From: Aureliella sp.
Lineage (GTDB): Bacteria; Planctomycetota; Planctomycetia; Pirellulales; Pirellulaceae
DNA length: 64,000 nucleotides
Direction of reading: 5' to 3'
Assembly (NCBI GenBank): GCA_963691875.1
Contig: OY829846.1
Span: forward strand, 3,424,001-3,488,000
Shown: positions 10,528 to 19,954 of the stretch, one piece after another
Layout of the letters: every line of letters starts with the position of its first letter
How positions within the stretch are numbered: position 1 is the stretch's first letter
Position numbers and translations under genes: made by a program
Notes under the pieces: generated by a model
The model's database searches: none
The model's input: only the letters and a program-made list of their open reading frames with translations
Told to the model about the DNA's origin: nothing

Positions 10528-11688
10528 ATGTCTACCACTACCGTGACGAACGATGGCAAAACGCGGGCGTTTGTCGAATCCGCATCTGCGCCAAATACCG
10601 AACCGTTGAATCAGCTATATCGCCTTCTCCTTAAGAAGGGGCGTGTTCAGTGGACGACCTACCACCGTTTTGAGAAAGAGCTTGGTCGAGGTGGGCAGGG
10701 CACCGTTTATTTGAGCCATCGCAAGGGCGCAGACGGATTCAATCAGCCCGTAGCAATGAAGGTCTTTTCGCCCGAACGCTTCCCGAATGTCAGCTCCTAC
10801 GAGAAAGCGATGGAGCGCGTGGCGCACGTAGCTTCTCGTATCGCCACAATCCAGCACGACAACTTGCTGGACGTCCAAGACTTTGTCGACCAAAATCGCA
10901 TAAGAATCATGGTCATGGAGTGGATCGATGGCTTTGACTTGCGACAGCTGCTGAATCCCGAACGCTTGAAACTCGTGGAAGCAATCGCACCGACGCGAAA
11001 GTGGGAGTACATCAACCAAGTGGTGGCGACTTACGGCCCCAGCCAGACAAGAATCAAAGCAGGAGTTGCTGTGGCGATTGTGAGAGATTGCCTGGCTGCA
11101 TTGGCAGCACTTCATCGCGAAGGCATCGTGCATGGCGATATTAAACCTGCGAATATCATGCTGAAGAGGACTGGACACGCGAAGCTGATCGACATGGGAT
11201 CAGCATTCGAACTGATCGCCCCACCCGACAAACGAGCATGCACGCCCGCTTACGCCGCACCGGAAGTACTCGAAGGGGCTCATTGCACGGAACAAAGTGA
11301 CCTGGCCAGCCTGGGTTATGTGCTCATCGAAATGCTGGCTGGACAACCCTGCTTCGGTTTAGAGGCTGAGTATCGCGAGTTGATGGAGTCCAAGCGCCGA
11401 ATGCCTCAGCGACTCCAGGAGTTGCTGCCACCGGAAGTCGCCTGCAACGAACATCTGGTGAATTTGTGCAAGCGCTTAATCGCCACAGATCCGGCGAAGC
11501 GCTTCACAACGGCTGAAGCTGCTGAGCTGCGCGAGGGAGGTGCGGCGGAATTCCATCGCCAACTTGTCTTTGGCGACTTAGCCAGCGAGTACGACAATGA
11601 CATTCGGGTTTTGCTAGAAGAAGTCTGTCGCGTCGATAACCGTGACTCAGCCTCAGATAAAACCACTAATTGGATCCAACGCAGCTAA
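10528..11688 (+). CDS. Soluble Hanks-type Ser/Thr protein kinase
   Basis: GRGGQG, VAMK, HGDIKPAN, DMG, YAAPE and SDLASLG motifs; no TM helix. Confidence 0.93.
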   Translation: MSTTTVTNDGKTRAFVESASAPNTEPLNQLYRLLLKKGRVQWTTYHRFEKELGRGGQGTVYLSHRKGADGFNQPVAMKVFSPERFPNVSSYEKAMERVAHVASRIATIQHDNLLDVQDFVDQNRIRIMVMEWIDGFDLRQLLNPERLKLVEAIAPTRKWEYINQVVATYGPSQTRIKAGVAVAIVRDCLAALAALHREGIVHGDIKPANIMLKRTGHAKLIDMGSAFELIAPPDKRACTPAYAAPEVLEGAHCTEQSDLASLGYVLIEMLAGQPCFGLEAEYRELMESKRRMPQRLQELLPPEVACNEHLVNLCKRLIATDPAKRFTTAEAAELREGGAAEFHRQLVFGDLASEYDNDIRVLLEEVCRVDNRDSASDKTTNWIQRS

Positions 11689-11793
11689 TTGTTGGTCGAT
11701 CTTTGCACTGTGCCGGTAGAAACACGGTTGCGAGTAAAGTGCGGCTCCCGTAAGTGCAGCTCCGGTGGAAGTGTGATCGCGACTCATTTCGCG

Positions 11794-11841
11794 AAACAAA
11801 AAATGCGGCTTCCTGCCGCTAGAACCGCAATCATTGCGGCT
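11794..11841 (-). terminator. Tandem hairpins with U-tract (terminator on the minus strand)
   Basis: Minus strand reads AGCCGCAA-TGA-TTGCGGTT, then GCGGC-AGGAA-GCCGC-ATTTTTTGTTT. Confidence 0.6.
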
Positions 11842-12089
11842 TTGAATCGAGTTCTTGCTGCTGAAAAAAGCGTGGTGGTATAGGGTCTGTTTGATCCGCC
11901 GTAGAGCAAAGAATTTCTATCTCCCGTCGTAGCACGGTGTACTGAATTCATCTCGGCGGTTGCCTACAAAAGCGTCGGTGGCTGACAATCGCGAATAGCA
12001 TACGAATCTACGCAAACAACTTGCTCAAAAGGCCATCCATGACCAACAGATCATCCTTGCCACGCCGAAGCGGACGCGTCAAAAAGCTT
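11794..12089 (-). ncRNA. Candidate ~295-nt small RNA
   Basis: Bounded by TACAAT (12101-12096) and a terminator; several stable hairpins; no ORF of 60 aa or more on this strand. Confidence 0.35.
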
Positions 12090-12795
12090 TGTTTTATTGT
12101 ATGATGCAGGGTAACGACCAGGGAATCCATGAGGCGGCTCAACGAATGAATTGCCGAATAACTTCGCTTTCAAAATGTGAAAACTCTGTGGACTTTTTCG
12201 TGTGTGTTATAGCAGGGAGAGGAGCCGGAAAAGTGGTTGATGTTTCTATGTGTTATTGACTGTTTTGAATCTGCTACAACCTCGAACATAATTTCATTTA
12301 ACTGGGGATTGTGGGAATGGAATTCGCTGTTGTCAAGCTGTAAGGACAAAAACTTTTTTGTTCCTTCTAGTATCCCACGCCTAACTCGCACGGTTACGTA
12401 ACGCGAGTTTTATATGTTGGTAGGTCAACCTTTGGAGGATAACTATAAGCAATTTTCGTGGCCCGTGTTCCACCGGCCAGTCCGCGTTTCCCGCAATTTT
12501 TTTTTGCCATTTTGAAAACTGCATTTGAATCGGTAACTAGGCGTCTTAGAAGTTGTATACTTCTTCGAAGAATCCGAAGGCCAGCACTCAGCACCTTGAC
12601 ACTGGCAGAAACTCGCCACCTTCGGTGCTACCACTTGCAACGCCTCCACCTGCAAATACCGATTTGCACAAAGCTAATTGGCTAGCATTGACTCGCGGAT
12701 TTCGGTTCTCGGCAACAACACAGCTGCTCGAAGCTCTTCAATCGTTTGCGATTACCTCGAACTTGCTCAAATTGAGCACAAAAAACTGGCGTCTA

Positions 12796-13611
12796 GTGAG
12801 TGAGACTGTCTTGAACGACAACAGCCCAACAGAATTAGATCTGCACCTAGACAACCTGCAGGCAAGCCGACTAGACCAAGTCTTGACCGACGATGTTTGT
12901 CGTCGACTTGGCATCTTTTCGATCCCCAGTGGCTTCAAGCTGAGTGTGATCATCCCGGTCTACAATGAAGTCAATACGGTTTTGCAAGTCATCGAACGGG
13001 TACGAGCTACGGAGCTACCGCTTGAGATCATTTTGGTAGACGACGGAAGCGAGGATGGTACCCGCGAGAAGCTCAAGGAACTACCGGAAAGCGACGACCT
13101 TCGCGTCATCTATCACCCAGAGAATCGCGGCAAAGGTGCTGCTCTGAGAACTGGATTTGAGCATGCAACAGGAACTGCGGTCGTGGTCCAGGACGCAGAC
13201 CTTGAATATGACCCAGATGACTTTCGCCTACTTATTCAACCCATTATCGAAAACACCGCAGATGTGGTCTATGGAAGTCGTTACGGGCACCATGACCGGC
13301 CAGTACCTCCGCTGTGGCACGTACTCGTAAACCGACTGATCACTCGTCTGGCAAACATTCGCACCGGTCTTTATCTAAGCGATGTCGAAACTTGCTACAA
13401 AGTGATCAGACGTGAGCTGATTCAGGAACTGGCACCCGGGCTGCGTGAGAACCGATTCGGAATCGAAATCGAAATCACGATCAAACTCGCCCGTAAACGA
13501 GTTCGATTTTACGAACGTCACATTCGTTATGACCGTCGTGGTTTTGACGAAGGCAAGAAAATCGGCTGGCGTGATGGGGTTCGAGCCCTATATTGCATGG
13601 TTCGATATTAA
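12796..13611 (+). CDS. Glycosyltransferase family 2 (DPM-synthase-like)
   Basis: LSVIIPVYNE, VDDGSEDGT, NRGKGAALRTG and QDADLEYDP motifs. Start at GTG 12796 is inferred. Confidence 0.93.
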   Translation: MSETVLNDNSPTELDLHLDNLQASRLDQVLTDDVCRRLGIFSIPSGFKLSVIIPVYNEVNTVLQVIERVRATELPLEIILVDDGSEDGTREKLKELPESDDLRVIYHPENRGKGAALRTGFEHATGTAVVVQDADLEYDPDDFRLLIQPIIENTADVVYGSRYGHHDRPVPPLWHVLVNRLITRLANIRTGLYLSDVETCYKVIRRELIQELAPGLRENRFGIEIEITIKLARKRVRFYERHIRYDRRGFDEGKKIGWRDGVRALYCMVRY

Positions 13612-13673
13612 AGCCGCCCTTTGGGCAGCGCATGAACTTCTTGACTTAGCTGCCTACCACACAGTTTCAGATC

Positions 13674-14654
13674 GTGGCCGAAACGGAACCAACAATCAGC
13701 AATTCTGGGTTGTATTCACCAGCCATGCTGGCGGATTTGCTTCAGGTTTCTGTCCGCACTGTGCGGCGTTGGAATCGGGCTGGATTGCTGCCAGCAGCAA
13801 GCGAGATCATGCAGATCCCGCATTTCGATTTCACTTCCCTGACTACAGCAAAGCAACTCGCTGGCTGGATGCGTCAGGGCGTTACTGTCTCTTCTATGCA
13901 GCTCCAAATCGAGGCGCTCCGCAAACGCATTGGAAGCGATGCGGCTCTCGACGAATTACCCATTCAAGCGGATGGCCAACAGCTGATCATCCAAGACGGG
14001 GATCAATACCTCGAGTCGTCAGGGCAATTGCGTCTCGGATTCGAACCGTCAGTAGAATCCGCCGGCTCGGACGAACCAGCAACCGTCAAATTCGTACGGC
14101 CAGAACCTCGAGACAAAGCACTTGCGCCCGAGCAGCAGGAAGAGCTTTCCATGGAGGCGATGGTCGAGCAAGCGATCATTGCAGAAGATGCAGATGACTT
14201 AGAGACTGCGGTGAGATGGTATCGCAGCGTGCAGACGGTTCATGGGCTGAATGCAGACATTTGCTTCCAGATCGCAGAACTTTTGTACCGCAGTGGAGAC
14301 GTTAGCGGTGCACGAGAACGCTATTTCACCGCTCTAGAAATTGAGCCCGAGCTTCTTGAGGCGCGAGCAAATCTGGGTTGCGTTCTGCTTGAATGTCAAC
14401 AAGCTGATCTAGCAATCGCCGCCTTCGAAGGTGCGTTGGCGCAATATCCCGACTACGCCGACGTCCACTTCCATCTCGCACGCGCTTTGGAAGAGCTCGG
14501 TGAAGCCAATCGTGCAGTTCAGCATTGGCAACGCTTTCTGGAACTGGCTCCGACTAGCCCATGGGCCGAAGAAGCTCAACACCGGCTGAAGGATCATGCC
14601 CTTGAGCATATCCCACTGCATTTTGGGGATACTGACACGAATCACCACAAGTAA
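13674..14654 (+). CDS. MerR-type HTH plus TPR-repeat protein
   Basis: N-terminal LADLLQVSVRTVRRWNRAGLL HTH; C-terminal TPRs (EARANLG, YADVHFHLARALEELG). Confidence 0.85.
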   Translation: MAETEPTISNSGLYSPAMLADLLQVSVRTVRRWNRAGLLPAASEIMQIPHFDFTSLTTAKQLAGWMRQGVTVSSMQLQIEALRKRIGSDAALDELPIQADGQQLIIQDGDQYLESSGQLRLGFEPSVESAGSDEPATVKFVRPEPRDKALAPEQQEELSMEAMVEQAIIAEDADDLETAVRWYRSVQTVHGLNADICFQIAELLYRSGDVSGARERYFTALEIEPELLEARANLGCVLLECQQADLAIAAFEGALAQYPDYADVHFHLARALEELGEANRAVQHWQRFLELAPTSPWAEEAQHRLKDHALEHIPLHFGDTDTNHHK

Positions 14655-14677
14655 AGGCAATCTCGACTCTCAGAACG

Positions 14678-17600
14678 CTATCGGTTGAAGAAGTCGACAC
14701 GTGGGTCCGGTGCATTGCTCGGAGCTATAGTATTGCCCGGCCCCGGCGCGTATTCTTGATTGTTCGCTCCATTGCGCATCTGCGCTCCAGAACTATGCAG
14801 ATCCATATCGATGCGCGAGAAATTCTCTGGATCAATACTAAAACGCTTGACGTTAGCCTCTCCTGAGAAAGCGTCCCTGCCAGAGCCATTCGGTACCACT
14901 TTGATGTGAGCAGGCTCGCGACTATCACTGTAGAGCGACAGGAGACTCTTCGTTTTGGAAAAGGTCAACCTGGAGCCGTCGCCTTGATAGCTTCCCTGTG
15001 CAGAGTTGCCATTAAAGGCCACATTGCCAGAAGCGGTAAACTCCCAACTATCTTTTGCACTTTGTGTGGTTGCGAATCTGCCTGGTAGCGGCTGAGTCGA
15101 ACTCAGGTGGCTAGTTCCATAGACTTTGAGTAGATCACAGTTGAGCAACATATCCTCGGGGCCGAGAATGTGACCGCCCAGGGAAGGGACCATCGAGTCC
15201 TCCCAACTCTCCAACTTTCCAACGAGTAGCTCGACGCTGCCTTCCAGAGTCACTTCCTTGCGATCCATTGCGGCAACCAATGAGTCGCGAAAGTTGAGAT
15301 AGGCTCCTTGAAGTTCAGGTTCTTTTTCTGCAGCGACCGCCAACTGCCCCGGCTTCTGGTCGGAAAGAAATCTTGAGTCAACCCAACCAGGACCGGAGGC
15401 GATCAGTTGCTGCTTAGGAAGGGAGTACGTCAGCTTGGGCACGACCAAACGCTCACGACTCTTCTGCTGCCCTAAATCGTCAACTGGTGATGCAACGATC
15501 TCGACCGCACCATGCAAGACGACTTCGTCAATCTCAAGCTTTGGTGGCTCACCTTCAAGGTTCTTAAGATCGATTGGCTGACGCATCTGAATTTGCATCT
15601 GCTGCGCACGACCTCGCATTGGCCAGATATCATCAGGCGCATTTCGCATTGCCGCTCGGAAGGTCACATTCTTCTCGATCCAAACGGTCGATCCATCGAA
15701 CCACATTCTGCCCTGCCACTCGCAGGACGGAGGGATCAGCCACTCAACCTCATTGAGTTCAAATGAGCTAGGTTCTCTTGGAGTGGTCGCATCATTCTTT
15801 CGCGAAGCGAGCAGGCTCTTCGGTAGGACGAATTCGCCCGGGTGCTCCATCAAAATCACGCCGTGCACTTGGTTGTATCGAATCGCTTCGCCTTTCAGGA
15901 CCCCATCAGCGATTTTCATTTCTGCAGGCGCGCCCGAAAGAAGCAGGTCAACACTGCTACTGGAGCTGTTTGCTTTCGTCGGTGTCGTCGCCAGCTGCAG
16001 CGTAGTTCCTAAAATCTCCCAAGGCAAAGTCTTAGGGTCACCCGCCACGGCTTGCTTCGGCGTTTGCGAGACTTTCACGGGGCCGTCAAGGTGCAAGTTT
16101 TCGATCCAGCTGGTGGCTCCTCCGCGCACCATCTTGGCCCGCAACACATTCCCAGAGATGTCGATCGGTTGACGCAGCTTCCTGTTCTCTGCCGTCCTGT
16201 TGCCCTGGTTGTTCGTGCTGAGATTTGGCGGTGGCAACTCGCCTTGCGCTGCGGGTTCGGGATTCTGCGGCGGCTTGATCCACTGAGGATCTTTCGGGCC
16301 AGCAGAGTGACTGAGAGAAAGCTCTTCTTCATTTGATGTAGCACCACCATCACCATCCGCTCTGGACTGTGACGAATCCAGAAGATAGCTGACTGCGAGA
16401 TCTAGCTGAGCAACTTTGCAGTGAAGCTCCTTCGTATGAACCTCCGTTGCTACTGGCGAAAAGATTCGCTTGGGTAGATAGTCGCCAGCTAGGGAATTGT
16501 CTTCCATACTCTGCCCAATGCCCTGCGGATCAGCCTTCTCCAACCAAACTTCGAGATGTTCACTGGTCAGATATCCCTGCTCAGCGTTATCGACGAGTGT
16601 CTGTCCCTTCACCACAATCAGCTGCGAACCATCCTTATCGCGAGATGGCGACATCCTCAAACTTTCTTTCCATCGGATCGTTGTGTCACCCAGTGAATGC
16701 TCCGTAGCAAGCGGGCTACTCGACAACGTGGTGAGTTCTCCTGGTCCCATCGCGGCGAGCCAACCGAGGTGCCTACCCTCTCCTTCTTCACGTGGCGCTG
16801 CTCGATAAGAAACCTGAGGTGCAAGAAACCGCATCCCTTGGTAGTTCAGAATCACCGTCGAACGTGTCGCCTCCGGCACATCAAGGTGTCCGTAAAATTC
16901 CACTTCGCCATTTTTTAGATCAACAATGAGACGCTTGCTTTGCGAGTTCACCCCAATGCTGGGAGCTTCCAAAACGACTTGTTTCTCAGCCACAAAGTCT
17001 TTTAGTGGATCTGTTCCAACAGCTTCCAACCTGGTGACCAGCACTTCGCCAAGTCGCAAATCAAAATGCGGATTTGCTTCATTCGGCGGAGACGCTTCCT
17101 CAGGGGGTTCCATCGAGATCGAGAGACGCTCACAAGTAAACTCGTCTGGCGGCAGGTTTCCCAAAAGATGTTGTACTTGAACACCATTCTGCAGTGTTGC
17201 CGACGAGGATTTAAAATCAAACGAAAATCTTCCGCCACATTTTGCTTGCAGTCTAGCCGGTAGCTGGACCAATGCTGGGTTCTTCGCCGTAAGCTGCTTG
17301 GCGTTCAAGTCCGCCCAAAGCCCGCCGTGCGGAAGCGCAACGTCAACTTTTTGCACCTGATACAATTCTAATTCATCGAGTGGCCCCCACACGCTCGAGG
17401 AACTGCCTGCGTTTCCGAGAATGTCGCTTCGCAGTCGAATAAGCAAGTCCCTACCTTGTATGACGCTAGCTCCCCATTGAATGAGAACTTCGTTGCGTGT
17501 TGTCAGTTGAGTCTTGTCAATGGAGAGATCGCGAGTCCACAGTCGCCACGGCACTTCACCAGCTTCGATTGCGGCTTGTTTGCTTACCTCAATCTCACCT

Positions 17601-18064
17601 TTCAGTTGGACGCGCTCAATCTTAGGAATCGAGTCGCTGAAGTTCTTAAGCGGTTCCTCAAAGTGCACGATGGCACCATCTTCAGCACATACGATCCACA
17701 TGTCTTGAGCCGTGACGGTCCCAAGTTCTCGGCGCTCCATCGCTTGACGCCCCGCATCGGTCTGCGGGATGATCATAGTGATGGGATAAAAACGCATCCG
17801 CTTGTCGTCGATCTCTTCGACCTCATGTGCAAGCAAGATCCCGTTGCTAGTGCTAATGATTTTCGGAGCCTGGGCATGCCACGAATCGGTGGGAAAGAAG
17901 GCCTCCCACCAATGATCGGCGGGTAATGTCTGCTCAAGTGCCGCTTGCTCGGCAGCAACTTGTTGCGTTGGCTCAATCATCGGCACAACGACGAGAGCAT
18001 AGAGGATCATCGCGACCAGAAGGACGCCGAGCGATTTGACGTAACGAGTAGCAAAAAGCAACAC
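14678..18064 (-). CDS. Large single-TM periplasmic beta-rich protein, possibly LptC/LptA(OstA)-like
   Basis: 1128 aa, one N-terminal TM and many short amphipathic beta-strands; starts 8 bp after the kdsC stop. The function is inferred. Confidence 0.6.
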   Translation of the reverse strand: MLLFATRYVKSLGVLLVAMILYALVVVPMIEPTQQVAAEQAALEQTLPADHWWEAFFPTDSWHAQAPKIISTSNGILLAHEVEEIDDKRMRFYPITMIIPQTDAGRQAMERRELGTVTAQDMWIVCAEDGAIVHFEEPLKNFSDSIPKIERVQLKGEIEVSKQAAIEAGEVPWRLWTRDLSIDKTQLTTRNEVLIQWGASVIQGRDLLIRLRSDILGNAGSSSSVWGPLDELELYQVQKVDVALPHGGLWADLNAKQLTAKNPALVQLPARLQAKCGGRFSFDFKSSSATLQNGVQVQHLLGNLPPDEFTCERLSISMEPPEEASPPNEANPHFDLRLGEVLVTRLEAVGTDPLKDFVAEKQVVLEAPSIGVNSQSKRLIVDLKNGEVEFYGHLDVPEATRSTVILNYQGMRFLAPQVSYRAAPREEGEGRHLGWLAAMGPGELTTLSSSPLATEHSLGDTTIRWKESLRMSPSRDKDGSQLIVVKGQTLVDNAEQGYLTSEHLEVWLEKADPQGIGQSMEDNSLAGDYLPKRIFSPVATEVHTKELHCKVAQLDLAVSYLLDSSQSRADGDGGATSNEEELSLSHSAGPKDPQWIKPPQNPEPAAQGELPPPNLSTNNQGNRTAENRKLRQPIDISGNVLRAKMVRGGATSWIENLHLDGPVKVSQTPKQAVAGDPKTLPWEILGTTLQLATTPTKANSSSSSVDLLLSGAPAEMKIADGVLKGEAIRYNQVHGVILMEHPGEFVLPKSLLASRKNDATTPREPSSFELNEVEWLIPPSCEWQGRMWFDGSTVWIEKNVTFRAAMRNAPDDIWPMRGRAQQMQIQMRQPIDLKNLEGEPPKLEIDEVVLHGAVEIVASPVDDLGQQKSRERLVVPKLTYSLPKQQLIASGPGWVDSRFLSDQKPGQLAVAAEKEPELQGAYLNFRDSLVAAMDRKEVTLEGSVELLVGKLESWEDSMVPSLGGHILGPEDMLLNCDLLKVYGTSHLSSTQPLPGRFATTQSAKDSWEFTASGNVAFNGNSAQGSYQGDGSRLTFSKTKSLLSLYSDSREPAHIKVVPNGSGRDAFSGEANVKRFSIDPENFSRIDMDLHSSGAQMRNGANNQEYAPGPGNTIAPSNAPDPRVDFFNR

Positions 18065-18072
18065 CGACTCGT

Positions 18073-18642
18073 TTATCCTGGAAGGTACTCTTCCCAGCTC
18101 CCTTGGGCACGCATCAATCGTTCAATTAACTCTCTCACTGCACCGCTTCCGCCGGTACAACAAGTTGTCCACGAAGCCGCGAGACGTACATCTACCGCCG
18201 CGTCTGCAACAGCAACAGGCAATCCGACTCTACGTAGCACAGGGATGTCAGGTAAGTCATCGCCGATGTAGCAAACCTCTTCTGGACTCAGATTCAGTTC
18301 CTCAAAGATCTCAATCGCCGCTGGCAGTTTCTCGGAGAAACCTTGTCGGACAGTCTGAATTTTCAACTCCGCAGCCCTGAACTGGACAACTTTTGAGTCC
18401 CGAGCAGTCAAAATCCCAAAACCCATCCCTGATTTCTGCCACTGCTTGATCCCCATCCCATCGCGTACGTGAAACGATTTCGTTTCGACGCCTTCATTGT
18501 CGATGTTGATTCGACCATCGGTGAGAACACCATCAACGTCCGACAAGATAAAGCAAATCGGCTTCGCGACTTCGCGATCCAATTCTGCTTGCCGATGCAG
18601 AGATGCAATACTTTTCTCTAACGATGTAAGTAATTCTGACAC
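18073..18642 (-). CDS. kdsC: 3-deoxy-D-manno-octulosonate 8-phosphate phosphatase
   Basis: DVDGVLTDG, FHVRDGMGI and YIGDDLPD HAD motifs; follows kdsD. Confidence 0.93.
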   Translation of the reverse strand: MSELLTSLEKSIASLHRQAELDREVAKPICFILSDVDGVLTDGRINIDNEGVETKSFHVRDGMGIKQWQKSGMGFGILTARDSKVVQFRAAELKIQTVRQGFSEKLPAAIEIFEELNLSPEEVCYIGDDLPDIPVLRRVGLPVAVADAAVDVRLAASWTTCCTGGSGAVRELIERLMRAQGSWEEYLPG

Positions 18643-18658
18643 GCTGGCTTAGCCGCAC

Positions 18659-19882
18659 TCAGGAGGCTTCTTTCTTATGCTGAAGTAGCGAGAGAATTCG
18701 GGGCACGCCCTGAGAGATGCTTGCAGCTGACACCGGGCCAGAGCTAGACTGCGTCGGCGTGACTCGCAGCTCCGCAACCTGTCGCTGCTGGGCTTCGCTC
18801 TGCGAAGTCGCGACTGCCTGAACATCTTGTACGATGTCGGTGATGTCGATCATTCCAACCGGATGACCGTCGCAACTCACAACCGGAAGTTCACTAATCT
18901 TGAACTCAGCCATTAGCTCTACCGCCTGAGGCATTAAGTCGTCGGCCCTGATGGTCCTGAAATTTCGTGTCATCACGTCGCGCATTGGGCGATCCAATTG
19001 CTCGTCGCGTTGTTGTTCAAGCATCCGCGCGAGGTCACTGTCGGTGAAAATGCCAGACAGCTTCCCGGATGCATCGATCAGCATAATCGCACCACTCCGG
19101 CGACCAGGACGACAGATCTGCACAAATACTTCCCGAATCGTCAGACTTTCGTTCGCGATGCGACAGTCATTCAGGTCTCGCATCGTCTCGGTTACACACT
19201 GCAACTGCTTGCCCAAACTTCCGCCAGGATGAAAGTCACCAAAGTTCTCGCGAGTGAAGGACTTGGCTTGGCTCAAGACTAAGGCTAGGGCGTCGCTGAG
19301 AGCCAGCATGAGCGTAGTGGACGTACTAGGAGCTAATCCCAGTGAACATGCCTCGGCGTGTTTTCCGAGTGGCAGCACGATATCACAGCTGCGTGCAAGT
19401 GTGCTTTCCACATCCCGGGTGATGGCAAGGGTCGTCGGGCCAATCCGGCCATGTGGCCCTGCCTGGCTTGGAAGTAGCGAGACCAAGCGGACAACTTCTT
19501 CCGTCTCTCCGCTGTAGGAAAAGAACACCACCACATCGTTGGCTTGCACGCAGCCCAGATCACCGTGCACTGCTTCTGCGGGGTGAAGAAAATGACTGCT
19601 GGACCCCGTCGAAGATAGCGAGGCAGAGAACTTTTGCGCGACGATGCCAGCCTTGCCGATCCCGCAAGCGACTACCTTGCCCGAACACTGCAGCAAGACT
19701 TCCACTGCATCGCTGAAGCGCGTATCCAAACCAGCTTGAAGAATTTGAAGAGCTGAAGTTTCCTCAGCCAGGATCGCTTTACCACGTTCTAACCAGGACT
19801 CTCTGGCTAGTCCGAGTGCTGGTGGACAAACCGGCCGATTGGGTGGAGCCGGATCGCTCCGCAGGGCCTGCGCTTGGGTCAT
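18659..19882 (-). CDS. kdsD: Arabinose-5-phosphate isomerase (KpsF/GutQ family, SIS plus CBS pair)
   Basis: HPAEAVHGDLG, SYSGETEE, LGLAPSTST, FHPGGSLG and GIFTDSDL motifs. Confidence 0.93.
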   Translation of the reverse strand: MTQAQALRSDPAPPNRPVCPPALGLARESWLERGKAILAEETSALQILQAGLDTRFSDAVEVLLQCSGKVVACGIGKAGIVAQKFSASLSSTGSSSHFLHPAEAVHGDLGCVQANDVVVFFSYSGETEEVVRLVSLLPSQAGPHGRIGPTTLAITRDVESTLARSCDIVLPLGKHAEACSLGLAPSTSTTLMLALSDALALVLSQAKSFTRENFGDFHPGGSLGKQLQCVTETMRDLNDCRIANESLTIREVFVQICRPGRRSGAIMLIDASGKLSGIFTDSDLARMLEQQRDEQLDRPMRDVMTRNFRTIRADDLMPQAVELMAEFKISELPVVSCDGHPVGMIDITDIVQDVQAVATSQSEAQQRQVAELRVTPTQSSSGPVSAASISQGVPRILSLLQHKKEAS

Positions 19883-19954
19883 GCCTTCCTCCTTGTACGT
19901 GTCGCAGAATGCCTTCTCTGCGATGGGGACCTTCCTTGGTCCGCTGAGATTCTA
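19883..19954 (-). promoter_or_regulatory. kdsD leader: -10-like TAGAAT and hairpins, one with an AAGGA loop (CsrA-type site)
   Basis: Minus strand reads TAGAAT..GGACC-AAGGAA-GGTCC..TCGCAGA-GAAGGCAT-TCTGCGA..CAAGGAGGAAGGC-ATG. Confidence 0.45.
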
